A stretch of DNA of 64,000 nucleotides from the NCBI GenBank assembly GCA_030324005.1, contig JARDVH010000163.1, forward strand, positions 53,941,959-54,005,958. The letters run 5' to 3'. This DNA is from Negaprion brevirostris (Eukaryota). Made by a program: the position numbers and the translations under genes. Shown piece after piece: positions 24,131 through 36,215 of the stretch (its first letter is position 1; every line of letters starts with the position of its first letter). Under the pieces are notes generated by a model, which was given only the letters and a program-made list of their open reading frames with translations, did no database searches and was not told where the DNA came from.

Positions 24131-27100
24131 ACAGTCTATTCAAAGTTCTGCTTTCATGAAAGTTAGCTTTGTAAAGTTGTGGGAGCAGAATCATTCAAAG
24201 CAGATGGTTATCATTAAGAAATATAGTGCTTTAATGAATATTACTGCTTTGGAAATAATTCAGTAATACTTTTTGCTGCTCTTATTGATAAAAAATATAG
24301 TTTACTCATTTTGGCTGTGATGGCCCAGTGGACAAAACATTTGTCAACTTTCACAGACAAGGCTGATTCTGATATCAGGCAATATCCACACACGCATCTC
24401 AAGCCAAATCCACTTGACAAAATTAGGTTTACAAAACATTCACACTGTGAATTAACGAATGAATTAATTAAAGCAAGTCATGTCACAATGTACTATACTT
24501 AAAACAAATCCAGTGTTTGTCTGCAGTATTTCTGCATTGTGGTGCGTTTTACTTCGGGTTCTATATTTGGCTGCAGACTGCCCATGGAGTGCCTAGGTCC
24601 ACGTATTAAGCTGCCCATGCATTTGGTCTGTTCCTAGACCACTATCAATACCTCTTCTGCATACTGCCATGCACAACCTGCACCTACCTGTATCAGAGTC
24701 CATTTCTCTTGTGAATTTCCTCCCTTTGCAAGCAATTTTAGGTACGACAATCCATACACTGCCCTTTCCCACTTAGCATTGCACTGGTACTGAGTGGAAC
24801 ATGGGTTGAATCTCTGGTTATCCCTGACTTCCAAGACTCTAATTGTTTGCATTGTAATGCTTGACATCACAGCCTCAAACAAATGCTGGATGAAAGGAAC
24901 ACCAGGTGAAATTTTGACATGTTAACAAGATCTACTCATGATGATTCAAAACACTATTTTATGTCAAAAATACTTGAGTTATCTAATAATTTGAATTAAG
25001 CAATGTAAACAAGATGTGGATTCACTGCTAACAAAATCAGTCAGATGATTTAAAATAAAAGTATCAATATTGTCAGTGGCTTGGGGAAGTAATAATGCGT
25101 TGAATGGAAGGATCATGGAAGGATCCAAGAGGGAAGTATAAAAAGCATGCACTTTCCGTGAAAGTTCTTATAACACACGATCAGCTATTCCAATGGACTG
25201 TCCTATCTTCCCATACAATAACTTGCATCTAGTCCTGCTCTCTCTCTCTCTTTCTGTCATGCCTCTCATATTGCCAGTCTCAGATGCTATGGATACCATC
25301 AGACTCCACACTTTTTGAGTTGTCAATTCCAAAGTGTCAAATTTAGTATATTTGCCTAAAAGCACATTAGGAAGTTCAGACTGTATATGTTGTGCACTCC
25401 GCAAGTTGCACTTCAAAATCTCCTAGCTTTCTATGTAATAACCAACATCAAAAGTAATGAATAGAAGTAAGATGTTAACAAAATACAATTAAGTCAGTTA
25501 TGATGTAGTAACAATCAATTGAAATGTAAGATTAAGATATGATAGCCTTTCCAGGAAACATATCACAGTGGGTCCCAAGTCCACTTTAAAATGTGGGCCT
25601 CAATGATATCTTGCCAGCCAGCTGTCTGGTGTCCAAAAGTAGCTTGCTACATTTGAGCCTTTGAAGGTTGGCTGCTAACCCAATAGTTGGTTAAGTCATT
25701 GTGAAGGGATTCAGGAGGGCTTCATGAGTCAGAAAGAGGAATTCTACAGCAGCAACAAACATTCTTTGTGAAACTGGAGGGGTATTCTTGATCCTCCAGC
25801 TCTAACCTCAATGAGGATCAGATTTAGATCTACATCGCTGGGTATCCACCACATTTTAATGAATGGGACATCTAAAGTGGCCATCAACTCAAAAGGCAGG
25901 TAACATGGAATCCATGCCCTATTCAAGTGCTTGAACCCCAATTTACATTCAGTTATTATACTCAGACAGGAGACTCAGCTGTTCAAGAAAACAACAACAG
26001 TGACATTTAAAGAATCAAGGGGCAAGATATGAGTGGTAAGTGTACTAACTGGTTAGTGACTCCCATTGTTCCATGCTTCTGCCTGATGGATGGAGCTAAA
26101 CTTCCCACTTCACACAGAATTACTATAGAATATCTAAATATTCCACTTGAGAGGAAACATTGTACTATTTGTCTAGCTGGGTGAATTATGAACACTTTCC
26201 CCACCCATGTTCGTATAATAGGATTTAGTTATTGAAAAGAAAAACTGTTTGCTGATGCAGGACACTATCATTACAAGCGCTGATCTAGAATGCTGCATGG
26301 AATGAAATATTACTATAGCCCATCCTATAGCCCATTGTAATATAAAATCTCTGTGCCACTTAGCGAGAACAACTTTTAACATGATAGAAATGATTTAAAA
26401 TTGATTTCATTCAGAAGTGAGGATTTGGAATCCTGCATCTCTCAAGTGCCCAGAATTAGCTACATTTATTCCATTCAGAGGTTTATATCTATTTCGCTGT
26501 CAATTTTTTCCTGTCAATTTTCTCCCGCACCTNNNNNNNNNNNNNNNNNNNNNNNNNNNNNNNNNNNNNNNNNNNNNNNNNNNNNNNNNNNNNNNNNNNN
26601 NNNNNNNNNNNNNNNNNNNNNNNNNNNNNNNNTTTGTCCTGAAGGCAATTTCTGCTTGCTCTGCAGAAACCACACTCCTCCTGGCAGCTCTGTTAGATAG
26701 CCAGTTCCCAGGCATCAGTTTTAACAATGAATGATATTTATTTTCTTACCATAGAGAGTAACACAGGCAGCCTGATCTAATTAAGGCCAAAACATACAAT
26801 TCCAGTAGGAATCAATTTACAGTCAGAAATATGATCCTTAGACGAGTTTCCAACCTTAACCAAGACACATCAATCTCAATAGTTGTGTCCTTATCTTGGA
26901 TCACCAACAACTCAGCACAAACTTAGGATCTTCCCAGTTTTATGGCTCAGCTATTCACCTGATAAATAACTTGGGTCAAAGTTAATATCTGAGTCACGAG
27001 GCTATTCTGAGTCCAAGATGCAGATGCTAATTTTAAGATGGTTTCAGTATTTTGGACCTTTAAAGATCCCACAAAGGAACTTATTTTCACCAGATAAAAG

Positions 27101-27136
27101 TGCTTTATCAATGAGGCTTTACTTAGAAGCTACAGT

Positions 27137-27272
27137 GGCTGGAATTCTCTGGTCTCATACACCCCGCGACTGCTGCCAGCAAGAATGGAAAATCTGGTGC
27201 TCAGCCAAATGTCCATTCAGTGCAGCAAGACTGGAGAATCCCAGCTGCAGGCGAGGTTGGTGAATTTAGCCC
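27137..27272. mobile_element. ~135-bp MITE, copy 3
   Basis: ggctggaattctc...gaatttagccc with the shared internal ctcagccaaat core. Confidence 0.7.
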
Positions 27273-27933
27273 AGTNNNNNNNNNNNNNNNNNNNNNNNNN
27301 NNNNNNNNNNNNNNNNNNNNNNNNNNNNNNNNNNNNNNNNNNNNNNNNNNNNNNNNNNNNNNNNNNNNACAGACTGAAAAGACATTTTAGAAGTCAGTCA
27401 TGGTGAGTTTATCCTTCTTTTCCAATTTTGGATGTTTTCTTCTGCCATTTCCCTACTTTGTCTCTTGGGAGCAAGAAAATGCGTAACAGATCTCCAGAGC
27501 TTGAATAGTATCAGCTAAAATTATCCCAAAGAAATAAATCACATTGTTGTTGGTGATGAACTGATTTTATGCTTTTGGCATGGAAAAAAAATTGCCTCGA
27601 AGTTTCACCATACAAACTCAGCTAAAGTCAAGAAATTATCTCATAAGGAATCCAGCACCATTCTAGTTTACCACATGTCAGGCGTAATTTTCTCACTTTT
27701 TGGATAAGTGTGGTTTTGGGCAGGAAAAGCAGTGAGAAACCTGCTGGCTGAACTGACGCATGTTTGTGTTGTATTTTTAACCATTTTGAAAAGAATGACT
27801 TTATGACTCTCACACCATGCCTGTGGAAAGCTGACTCTGATTTGGCCACCCCACAATCAGCTTAACTCTTCAATTGGCAAGAGAACTTCATTTAAATGTC
27901 TTCTCAGCATTTGCTTCAGGTCTAGTTAAGAGG

Positions 27934-29960
27934 ATGGCTGCTAGGAGGGTTGCCACAAAGTTTTCTGAGAGAGCACCCACCAAAATCTTGGATGAGGTAG
28001 AAGAGAGGCAGAACACCCTGTACCTGCAGGCTGGCAGGAGAACAGCCAGCAAGGTGGCCAATCTTGCCTGGGAGGAGCAGCAGCGCTGGGAAGATCAAGC
28101 TCCCTACACAAGAGGATGGGCATCCAGCTTAGGAAAAAGTAATANNNNNNNNNNNNNNNNNNNNNNNNNNNNNNNNNNNNNNNNNNNNNNNNNNNNNNNN
28201 NNNNNNNNNNNNNNNNNNNNNNNNNNNNNNNNNNNNNNNNNNNNAATATGGCCTCCTTTGTGCAGCTAGGGTAAGTCACTCTTCTTATTTACGAACACTC
28301 ACCCACTACACACCAATCACACACCCACTGGGAGCTCACCCACTGCCACCTCACAGGGCCCTACAACTCACCCTTCCACATGCTACCTCAACTCTCCCAA
28401 TGCTCCTCTCCTCATCACATCACAGCTCTCTCTCGCCAATCATACATGCCAGGCATCCTAATCACCAGACCTGGCATGCGTCTTGTTTGCACTCTCCCCA
28501 TCTGTCTCCTTGCAGGATAGGTTGGCTCAAAATGAAAAGGAGAGAAAGCACAGACCAGTGGAGGCACACCTGAACTGAAAATCTTCTCACCATTTGAGGA
28601 GAGAGTCCTGCCAGGCAGGAACAGCAGCGCTGAGGCCATGATGGGTGCCAGAGAAAAAAGTGTGAGCCCACAACACAATCATCCATTTGGCCAACTTCAC
28701 ATGAATTCTTCTCTCCTATTCTATGCTTCGACCATGTATTAATGCCATCTCCCCTCCCCTGCAGGAAAATTAGTGGAGCAGCCCGATCCATTCACAGATG
28801 CAACTTTGGAAGCCAACCAGGAAAACAACTTAAACTCTCAGATTTCTCATTGAAGAGGCATCAGTGATGTCACCCATATCCTCCACTAGTAGAGATTCAT
28901 ACTTCAGTTGAATTAGTAACAGACAGGTCTCTTGGTCACTAACTGGTGAGCACCTCACTTCTGATAATCCATGGCAGGTGGAGGCTGGTATGTCCCAGGG
29001 ATCCTGCACTTGGAGGACTCCTGAAGATCAGGACATTGCCGAACCCCACATAGATGATGTGACTCTGAACTTGTCACTCAGCTGCTGGAGCTACAAAAAC
29101 AAAATCAGGAACATCAGGAAGGGATGTCGGCCTCATTCCTCAGCCGGAGGAGTCCTATCACCTTCTGTCTGAGGAGATTGTGCCAACACTCCAAGGCAAC
29201 CAGGTCAGTACTGCGAGAGTGGCTGCCACAGTGCAGACCTTGGCTCAGGACCTTCACTCCATAGTAGGAGATGTTCACTGCATGGTTCAGACCATGAGCT
29301 CCATGGTGCAGGCACTCGTGGATATCCATGTGCTAGTGCCAGAGGATGGCAGGGCTTCTGGATCTTAACTATGCTGTCTTATTTTCTCAAGGAAGAACAC
29401 AGGATCCCTAAGATCCCATGGGGAAGAGATTCAGCTGGCACATAGCCTGGGGTCTTTCACCCAGGGAACCCTGGGGTGTCCAGCTCATCTGACTCCCCTC
29501 TTCCTGTGATCAACACAGCTCTAATTGAGGCCCTCCAAATCCCAGCTCTCCAGAGAACAGCCGCCAAGTTAATCTTAGTCAACAGGGCATGCACACGGTG
29601 GGTCATGCGTGGGCTGCTCTTGGAGGTTCCGGGAGTGGCCTAGTACTTCGTGTCGGTGTGTNNNNNNNNNNNNNNNNNNNNNNNNNNNNNNNNNNNNNNN
29701 NNNNNNNNNNNNNNNNNNNNNNNNNNNNNNNNNNNNNNNNNNNNNNNNNNNNNNNNNNNNNTGGCTAAGGAAGGGGTTCCATTCGTAGACACGCAGGGTA
29801 GAATAGGTGTAGGGTGATGGCGGCGCGGGCTCGTTGGGGCCGAAGGGCCTGTTTCCCGTGCTGGGTTGTTCTTTGTTCTTTGTTCAGACAGCAGGCAGCC
29901 TCCACCTCAGCTACTGATCATGTGGAGACACCAAGACATAGCGACGGGGTTAGAAAGATA
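27934..29960 (+). pseudogene. Harbinger Myb/SANT-like gene relic (exons ~27934-28270, 28516-28661, 28765 onward)
   Basis: MAARRVATKFSERAPTKILDEVEERQNTLYLQAGRRTASKVANLAWEE; donor gtaagt at 28271; acceptor ccttgcag; exon 2 includes a TSGGTPELKIFSPFEERVL-like segment; frameshifts and stops present. Confidence 0.7.
29591..29885 (+). mobile_element. Young CR1-derived retroelement (ends only, interior in gap) inserted into the Harbinger element
   Basis: The last ~120 nt are nearly identical to 51438-51560 and end in (gttcttt)n; CpG-rich 5' segment. Confidence 0.7.
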
Positions 29961-30450
29961 ATGAAGTTATAATTGCACATTGTGAGCACAGTGTTTTTAG
30001 TCGCTTGTACATAGAGAGCATTTATGTTAATATGTGAACATCTCAGTAATAAAGCTAAGTTCTTACACCCTATTAGTGCATCCCTGCTCTCATTCCATTG
30101 CTCTATAACCAGCCACGTACACAGCGGCATCCATCTAACACGTAACGGCTGGACACTGGCAAATGGTGCTGTCTCTGTCTTGCATCCATGAGGATGTCAG
30201 CCCATTGGTTGGTCTTCTCTTACACTGACAGTACACAATCATGCCAGTGTCACCCTGGCCACGGGGAGCTTCACTCTATGGCCAATCCCATCAGTCAACT
30301 ATTTATTTCTGACAGTCAGATCTTAACAAAAGAAACCCAACAGCTACATCCTTGTGAGAGTTGTTCCTCTGGCACCAGTGATACACACCCTCAGAGGCAC
30401 CCCTAACCAAGGAAGAGCCTATGTCAGGAGAGATGGCTCTGTCCGTGTAT

Positions 30451-30747
30451 CATAGAACTCCTACAGTACAGAAGGAGACCATTCAGCCCATCAAGCCTAC
30501 ACCATCAACAATCCCACCCTATCCTCGTAACCCCACATATTTACACTGCTAATCCCCCCGAAACTAGGGTCAATTTAACATGGCCAATCAATATAATCAG
30601 CACATCTTTGGACTGTTAAAGGAAACCAGAGAACCCAGAGGAAACTCATGGAGACACGGGAAGAACGTGCAAACTCCACACAGACAGTGACCCAGGTCTC
30701 TGGTGCTGTGAGGCAGCTGTACTAACGACTGTGCCACCGTGCTGCCC
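30451..30747 (-). mobile_element. HE1-type V-SINE inside the Harbinger element
   Basis: Full head (gggcagcacggtggcacag on minus) to CR1-like tail. Confidence 0.85.
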
Positions 30748-31019
30748 TGTGTATCATCACCCTGGTATTACCCTGATCACTGGGAGTTCACGAACTGCCT
30801 TCAACCAGACAGGGCACAGACATTCGCAGTGTCTATTTGAGGACGAATTCTCTGTTCTCACTGCAAGTCATCACCATCTTCCTGCATCATATGGACTGTG
30901 GATAACTGCAGCCTTCCCATTATAGGGGAAATATCAGAGCTGTGGTCACTGTGCTACCATATAGTGAGGAAGGGCCACCTCCCATGATGGGACCTCAGGG
31001 CCCACCCTAGTGCTGATTA

Positions 31020-32150
31020 TCTGTGATGTGGGAGGCTATCAGGCTTCATGAGCTCTCCTCCTCATTTGGGCCCTTGCATTGGCTGACACCGTCCTCTGCC
31101 TCCTTCAGGGGTCCCCCTTCGACATCTTCCTGGATATCCTCCTCNNNNNNNNNNNNNNNNNNNNNNNNNNNNNNNNNNNNNNNNNNNNNNNNNNNNNNNN
31201 NNNNNNNNNNNNNNNNNNNNNNNNNNNNNNNNNNNNNNNNNNNNNNNNNNNNNNNNNNNNNNNNNNNNNNNNNNNNNNNNNNNNNNNNNNNNNNNNNNNN
31301 NNNNNNNNNNNNNNNNNNNNNNNNNNNNNNNNNNNNNNNNNNNNNNNNNNNNNNNNNNNNNNNNNNNNNNNNNNNNNNNNNNNNNNNNNNNNNNNNNNNN
31401 NNNNNNNNNNNNNNNNNNNNNNNNNNNNNNNNNNNNNNNNNNNNNNNNNNNNNNNNNNCTCTGATATCTAAGAGCAGCCAAGGAGGTAACTGTCATGTAT
31501 ACTCCCCAGGAATCTAGCACATCCCTGCAGGTTGCACTTTGAATAGTCAGAAATGATCTGAACATTCAGGGAGTGAAAGGGGATGGCGAGCCATGTGCGT
31601 GCAATCACCGGTACTTTGCACTTGAGGGAAGCCAGCTATCTAGGACTATATCCTGGCTAGCCTGGCCCTGGTTAAAATTTGTGCAGTGGTGCACCTTTGC
31701 AAAGAACACACGCATGATCACTGAATGCACCTATGTGCAAAGAGATGCCACAAACATCACTGGTGAACACCTGAAAGCAGCCATTGCATTGAAATTTAGT
31801 GTGGCTGTTACCTTCAGGGTGACAGGTAGTGGGGGGCTTCCGAGTCCATGAGGCGTCAACTCTTGGAGAACCTTGCAAAGGTAAATGAACACGTTCTTGA
31901 ACATTCCAAAGCTCCTCCTCCACTTGTTCCAAGAATGTCAGTTGCTGTTTGTAAACTCTTGGCCGATGATGATGCCTCCGAGCAGCCACTCTCTGTGGAA
32001 CAGCCTTCGACAGCTAAGCAGGCCCTACCCCGGCACCCTTTCCTCTTCTAGGTTCTTTTGCTGCCTCCAGGAAGCTGCAAGTTGAAGCTGGTGTCTCCTC
32101 TCCTGCCTCGTGGCGAGAAGGATTATTGCCAACTACTGGCTCCACATGTG
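31020..32150 (-). pseudogene. Harbinger (HARBI1-like) DDE transposase pseudogene
   Basis: Minus-strand motifs RRHHHRPRVYKQ, LPVTLKVTATLNF, SDVCGIS, AGFPQVQSTGDCTHMA and FHSLNVQIISD...ARFLGSIHDSYLL, plus an acidic C-terminus; gap at 31145-31458. Confidence 0.85.
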
Positions 32151-34769
32151 TTTCTATGCACTAACTGAAAGAGAAGAAGGATAATGAGTGACCATTGAGG
32201 AGTCCTGTCTGTGCCCTGACTCATTGCCCAACCAACCCTGGGAGCATCCTACACACAGCTGTGCTTGCCTTGTCACTGAGTCCACTCCTTTACAGTCTCG
32301 AGCCTCTCGTTACTCAGCATGACCCCTCAGTCACAACTGTCTGGGACTGGCCTCTCTAGCCACCACTCCCCCCCCACAATGGTGCCCTGTTCTGGGATTG
32401 GCTTATCCAGCCTACACAGCATTCCCGAGAACTTGTGAACATCCTGACAAACCCATAAGCACCCCAAACCAAGCATCCCCCAGAATGCCAGCCCCCGATC
32501 TCCAGTGCCCTGTCTCCCTGTGGACTCCCTGGCAGGTAGTAACGACCTGCATGCTCACCTTCGAACTCCCTCGTGGAGGTGATGTCATCAGGTTCACTTT
32601 TTTAAAAGTCTGTTGTAAACTGAGTCAGTGTGAGGTCAGAATTGACGATGAGGAGGAAAGTTGTGGAGGGACTACCCGCTCATATTATAATGCAATCAAA
32701 TGAGGTTCTCAACCATCATGAGCATGAACCTCATTACATCATTAGCAGGAGTGATGGCATCATGAAATCTCATCAGCAAGATTCTCATTTTCGGCCTTTT
32801 GCAAGATTTTATGTCCACGTTGTCATTTGCGCTCACAGTGAATGTGGGTGCAAAATTGTGGCTATTACATCTACTCAGTTTTATGTTTCTCAAGTGTGAG
32901 TGAGAAACACATGGTTGATCAACTCCTGATGACAGATTCTGTAACAACAATATCTTTTACTACCTTGTTTCATATATTTTAGTTAAGATTAGTAAAAGAG
33001 AAAAAGTGTAAAAATATATCAAGAGGAAATCAACATTAGCAAAATAAGACAAATAGTATAATGTGTTTGTACAACTGTGTACATATTAACACATTCTCTG
33101 TAATTATATGCACAATTATATTAAATAACCAGAAAGTACATAAGAACATAAGAACATAAGAAATAGGAGCAGGAGTAGGCCATCCAGCCCTTCAAGCCTG
33201 CCCCGCCATTCAANNNNNNNNNNNNNNNNNNNNNNNNNNNNNNNNNNNNNNNNNNNNNNNNNNNNNNNNNNNNNNNNNNNNNNNNNNNNNNNNNNNNNNN
33301 NNNNNNNNNNNNNNNNNNNNNNNNNNNNNNNNNNNNNNNNNNNNNNNNNNNNNNNNNNNNNNNNNNNNNNNNNNNNNNNNNNNNNNNNNNNNNNNNNNNN
33401 NNNNNCTCAGACAATTGAAACTAGTCCATGAGATCATATTGATAGCACCTATGTCATCTGGAAAGCCATTATATAAGTGACTGGTTACGCCATGTCTGGA
33501 GTATTGCATACACCAGTCCCCTCACAGCATGATTGATATAGTGGCCTTGGAAAAGGTTCAGATGATTTTTCTCACTAATTGTTTCCTTTCATTTCCTGTG
33601 CCGTTCCAAGATATGTCACCTGGCTGGACATTACAAGGGTGTCTCGGCAGAGCATGTTGATCACCTGGTTGACTGCAAAAGGCACCACAAGGAGACTGAT
33701 AACTATACATAGATACATCTAGACAAGAGTACGAACCATGGAAGAATTTCCGATCTCTTGCCCTGAGTCACAGAAGCCAGCTGTAACACCCCAACTGCAC
33801 AGCTATGGCTGAGATCAGTTAACTTAGTACAGACCAATGACTGAACATGGCATCTTCTTGATCTGTATGGATCGACTATTCAAAGGATCAATTTAATGAT
33901 CCATTCTAGAAGCATTTTCCAAGTTGTCATTACATTGAAATTATTGATTTTCTGATGAATTGGTTAATAAAAACTAATACAAGATTACAATTCAAGTGAA
34001 TTGTTAATCTTAAATGGAAATTATAACAAGGTTTTGACTGGTGTAACTAGTCATTACATTCATTTAATTGGATTCCCTATAGATAACAATTAGAATCTGA
34101 ACTGATTCAGTTGTCTGAATGCCTTTATTACAAATGCAGAAAATTCAGTCTTACCATTTGGTAAAACATGATTAAAAACACATATTTAGATCACAGTTTA
34201 TCAGCTGTTTATTGTTATTGTAATGTCTCTCTGCAATGAAGTGTTGCTCAGTTGTTATTGTTAAATGAGTGTTATTTAGAATTAAGTTAGTTGGGGCTTA
34301 TTGTTCGCCAGCCTAATGTAATGGATTGGCTACTGCAGCGGGGATAAGAAAATATAATAGAAGACATAATGGAAGGTTAGGTGGTAACCAAATTTCTGTA
34401 TCCATACAAAGCTTTTCCATGGTATTCTAATCACTGGCAATGCAGACTGAGTTGATCTCAGCTGGGCACCAATAAGAATTCTACAGTTGGCCTCAGTAAC
34501 TTAGGTTAGAAAGGGAGAACATTGTTCCTGACTGCTTTCCAGTCACCTTTACTAGAATTGCAAGTGTGAATTTCAAATGATATTGTGGCTTGGCCTAGCT
34601 GTGCTATCTATATACTTTGAAAACCAACTGAGCTTCACTTTTCAGGCTCTTGCTTAGATAGATAGCAAGAAGGGAAGCCTGTCAAAGAGTCAATTACTTT
34701 AGGAGAGAGATATTTTTCAATTTGGAAGTTATCCGTCCAGATCTGATATTCCACAGATGCAGTTGTGCT

Positions 34770-35192
34770 AAGAAAGAGCCTGGATTTATATAGTGCCTTT
34801 GATGATCTCAAGATGTCCCAAGGTGTTTTACAGCCAACAAAGTCTTTATGAACTATAGTCACTGTTGTAGCTTAACTTGTCAAACTGCAAAATTACAAAA
34901 ATGGTAGTGAGCTAAAAAAAAAACCTGTTGTAATTATTTTTGAGGGATATCTGTTGACCAGGACACCAGGAGAATTCTGCTGCTTGAATTCAAATAATGC
35001 CATACGATCTTTACACCCACCTGATTGGGCAGAGTGGGCCTCGATTTAGTGTCTCACCTAAAAGATGGCGTCATTGACAGTGCAACAGTCCCTCAGTACT
35101 GCACTTGAGTGTTAGCAAAACTTACATGCTCGAGTCTGTGGTTGGAACATGCCAACTTTTGGCTCAAATGCAGGAATTTTGCCACTGAGCCA
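34770..35192 (-). mobile_element. Deu-domain SINE, near full length
   Basis: Minus strand: tggctcagtgg head, gtgcagtactgaggga...gcactgtc, Deu core ctcctggtgtcctggtcaaca...tatccctca, tail aaaggcactatataaatcc. Further fragments at ~53790-53920, 59600-59750 and 63910-64000. Confidence 0.75.
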
Positions 35193-36076
35193 TTGCTACA
35201 TAACCCCGTTCTGTACACTGGTTATAGAGTTATGATTCAACATGCTGTACAGATTGGAGTTCTGTTGTTCCAGTACTCAGCTTTGCTTTGCTCTCTGTAA
35301 ACCACTGATGGCTGTCTGGATATCCATTAATCATTGATGTTGGTGAGGTAATTTACATACACAATTACAAGCATGCTTGCTAAAATGAAAAGAATGGATA
35401 GACACTAAAATTCCTGGAATCTGGCAAAAAAAACACTTTTCCTGAGATGAGCTTTGTCTACCCGTTGCTGATAGTCCTGACATTGCTGCAAGCTGACAGA
35501 TGCTATGACNNNNNTGAATTATGCGACTGTTTGAAAAAAGCCCACATGGTGTTCACTCCTCCTGTTATAATGGTTAGCAGTCGGATCATAGATCCTCTCT
35601 CTCTTCAATTCGCAAATCTTATTCATGCGTGCAAAAGTAGCAGTTTAACTGCAATGTTAAACAAAACTGCAATCTGAGCACGCGTCATGAATATATTTAG
35701 TCCAAATTAAAATAGGTAAATAAACGTGAGGATCTAGATTTTCATTAATCTGGTAACATTTCATTACAAAACATATTTAATTGATGAGTGTTTTAAGGTG
35801 CTAAATCTTGGGAGGAAAGTCACTTTGCTGTAGAAGATCTAATACATATAGTATTATGCTTTAATTAATATTGCTTATTTACCCATGCTTGATATTGAAG
35901 TATTGAAAAGCATAAGCACACAAGATTGAATTAACATTTCAAACCACCAAACAAAAGTTCCAAAATACTCTCCATGGATAACATGTTATTTCATTCATCA
36001 TTCTATCAGGCTTGCATGGACATTGGATTACTTTTCATTAATGAATACAGACACTTCAGAATTGTCTGCTGCACAT

Positions 36077-36082
36077 TTTATT
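36077..36082 (-). promoter_or_regulatory. Candidate polyadenylation signal for SLC35G2
   Basis: AATAAA on the minus strand ~135 nt past the stop codon; other candidates exist further downstream. Confidence 0.3.
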
Positions 36083-36215
36083 CCACAGAACATTCAGAGA
36101 ACATAACAGCAACTGACCATCTTTCGACACCACAGTACAAAAGAACATTGCACAGTTGACACTTATAGAGATTGCTCACATTTAATCTTCTGGTTACTTA
36201 TGACATTATTAACAT

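Larger units (their letters stand above)
27681..32862. mobile_element. Decayed autonomous PIF/Harbinger DNA transposon (~5.2 kb including later insertions)
   Basis: Contains a Myb/SANT gene on + and a HARBI1-like transposase on -, arranged convergently. Candidate degenerate termini are ggcgtaatttt (27681) and aaaattgtggc (32862); boundaries uncertain. Confidence 0.7.

Noticed and set aside
25168-26730. Several 65-100 aa ORFs suggesting a decayed gene
   Set aside because: No recognisable domain, inconsistent frames and only weak splice sites.
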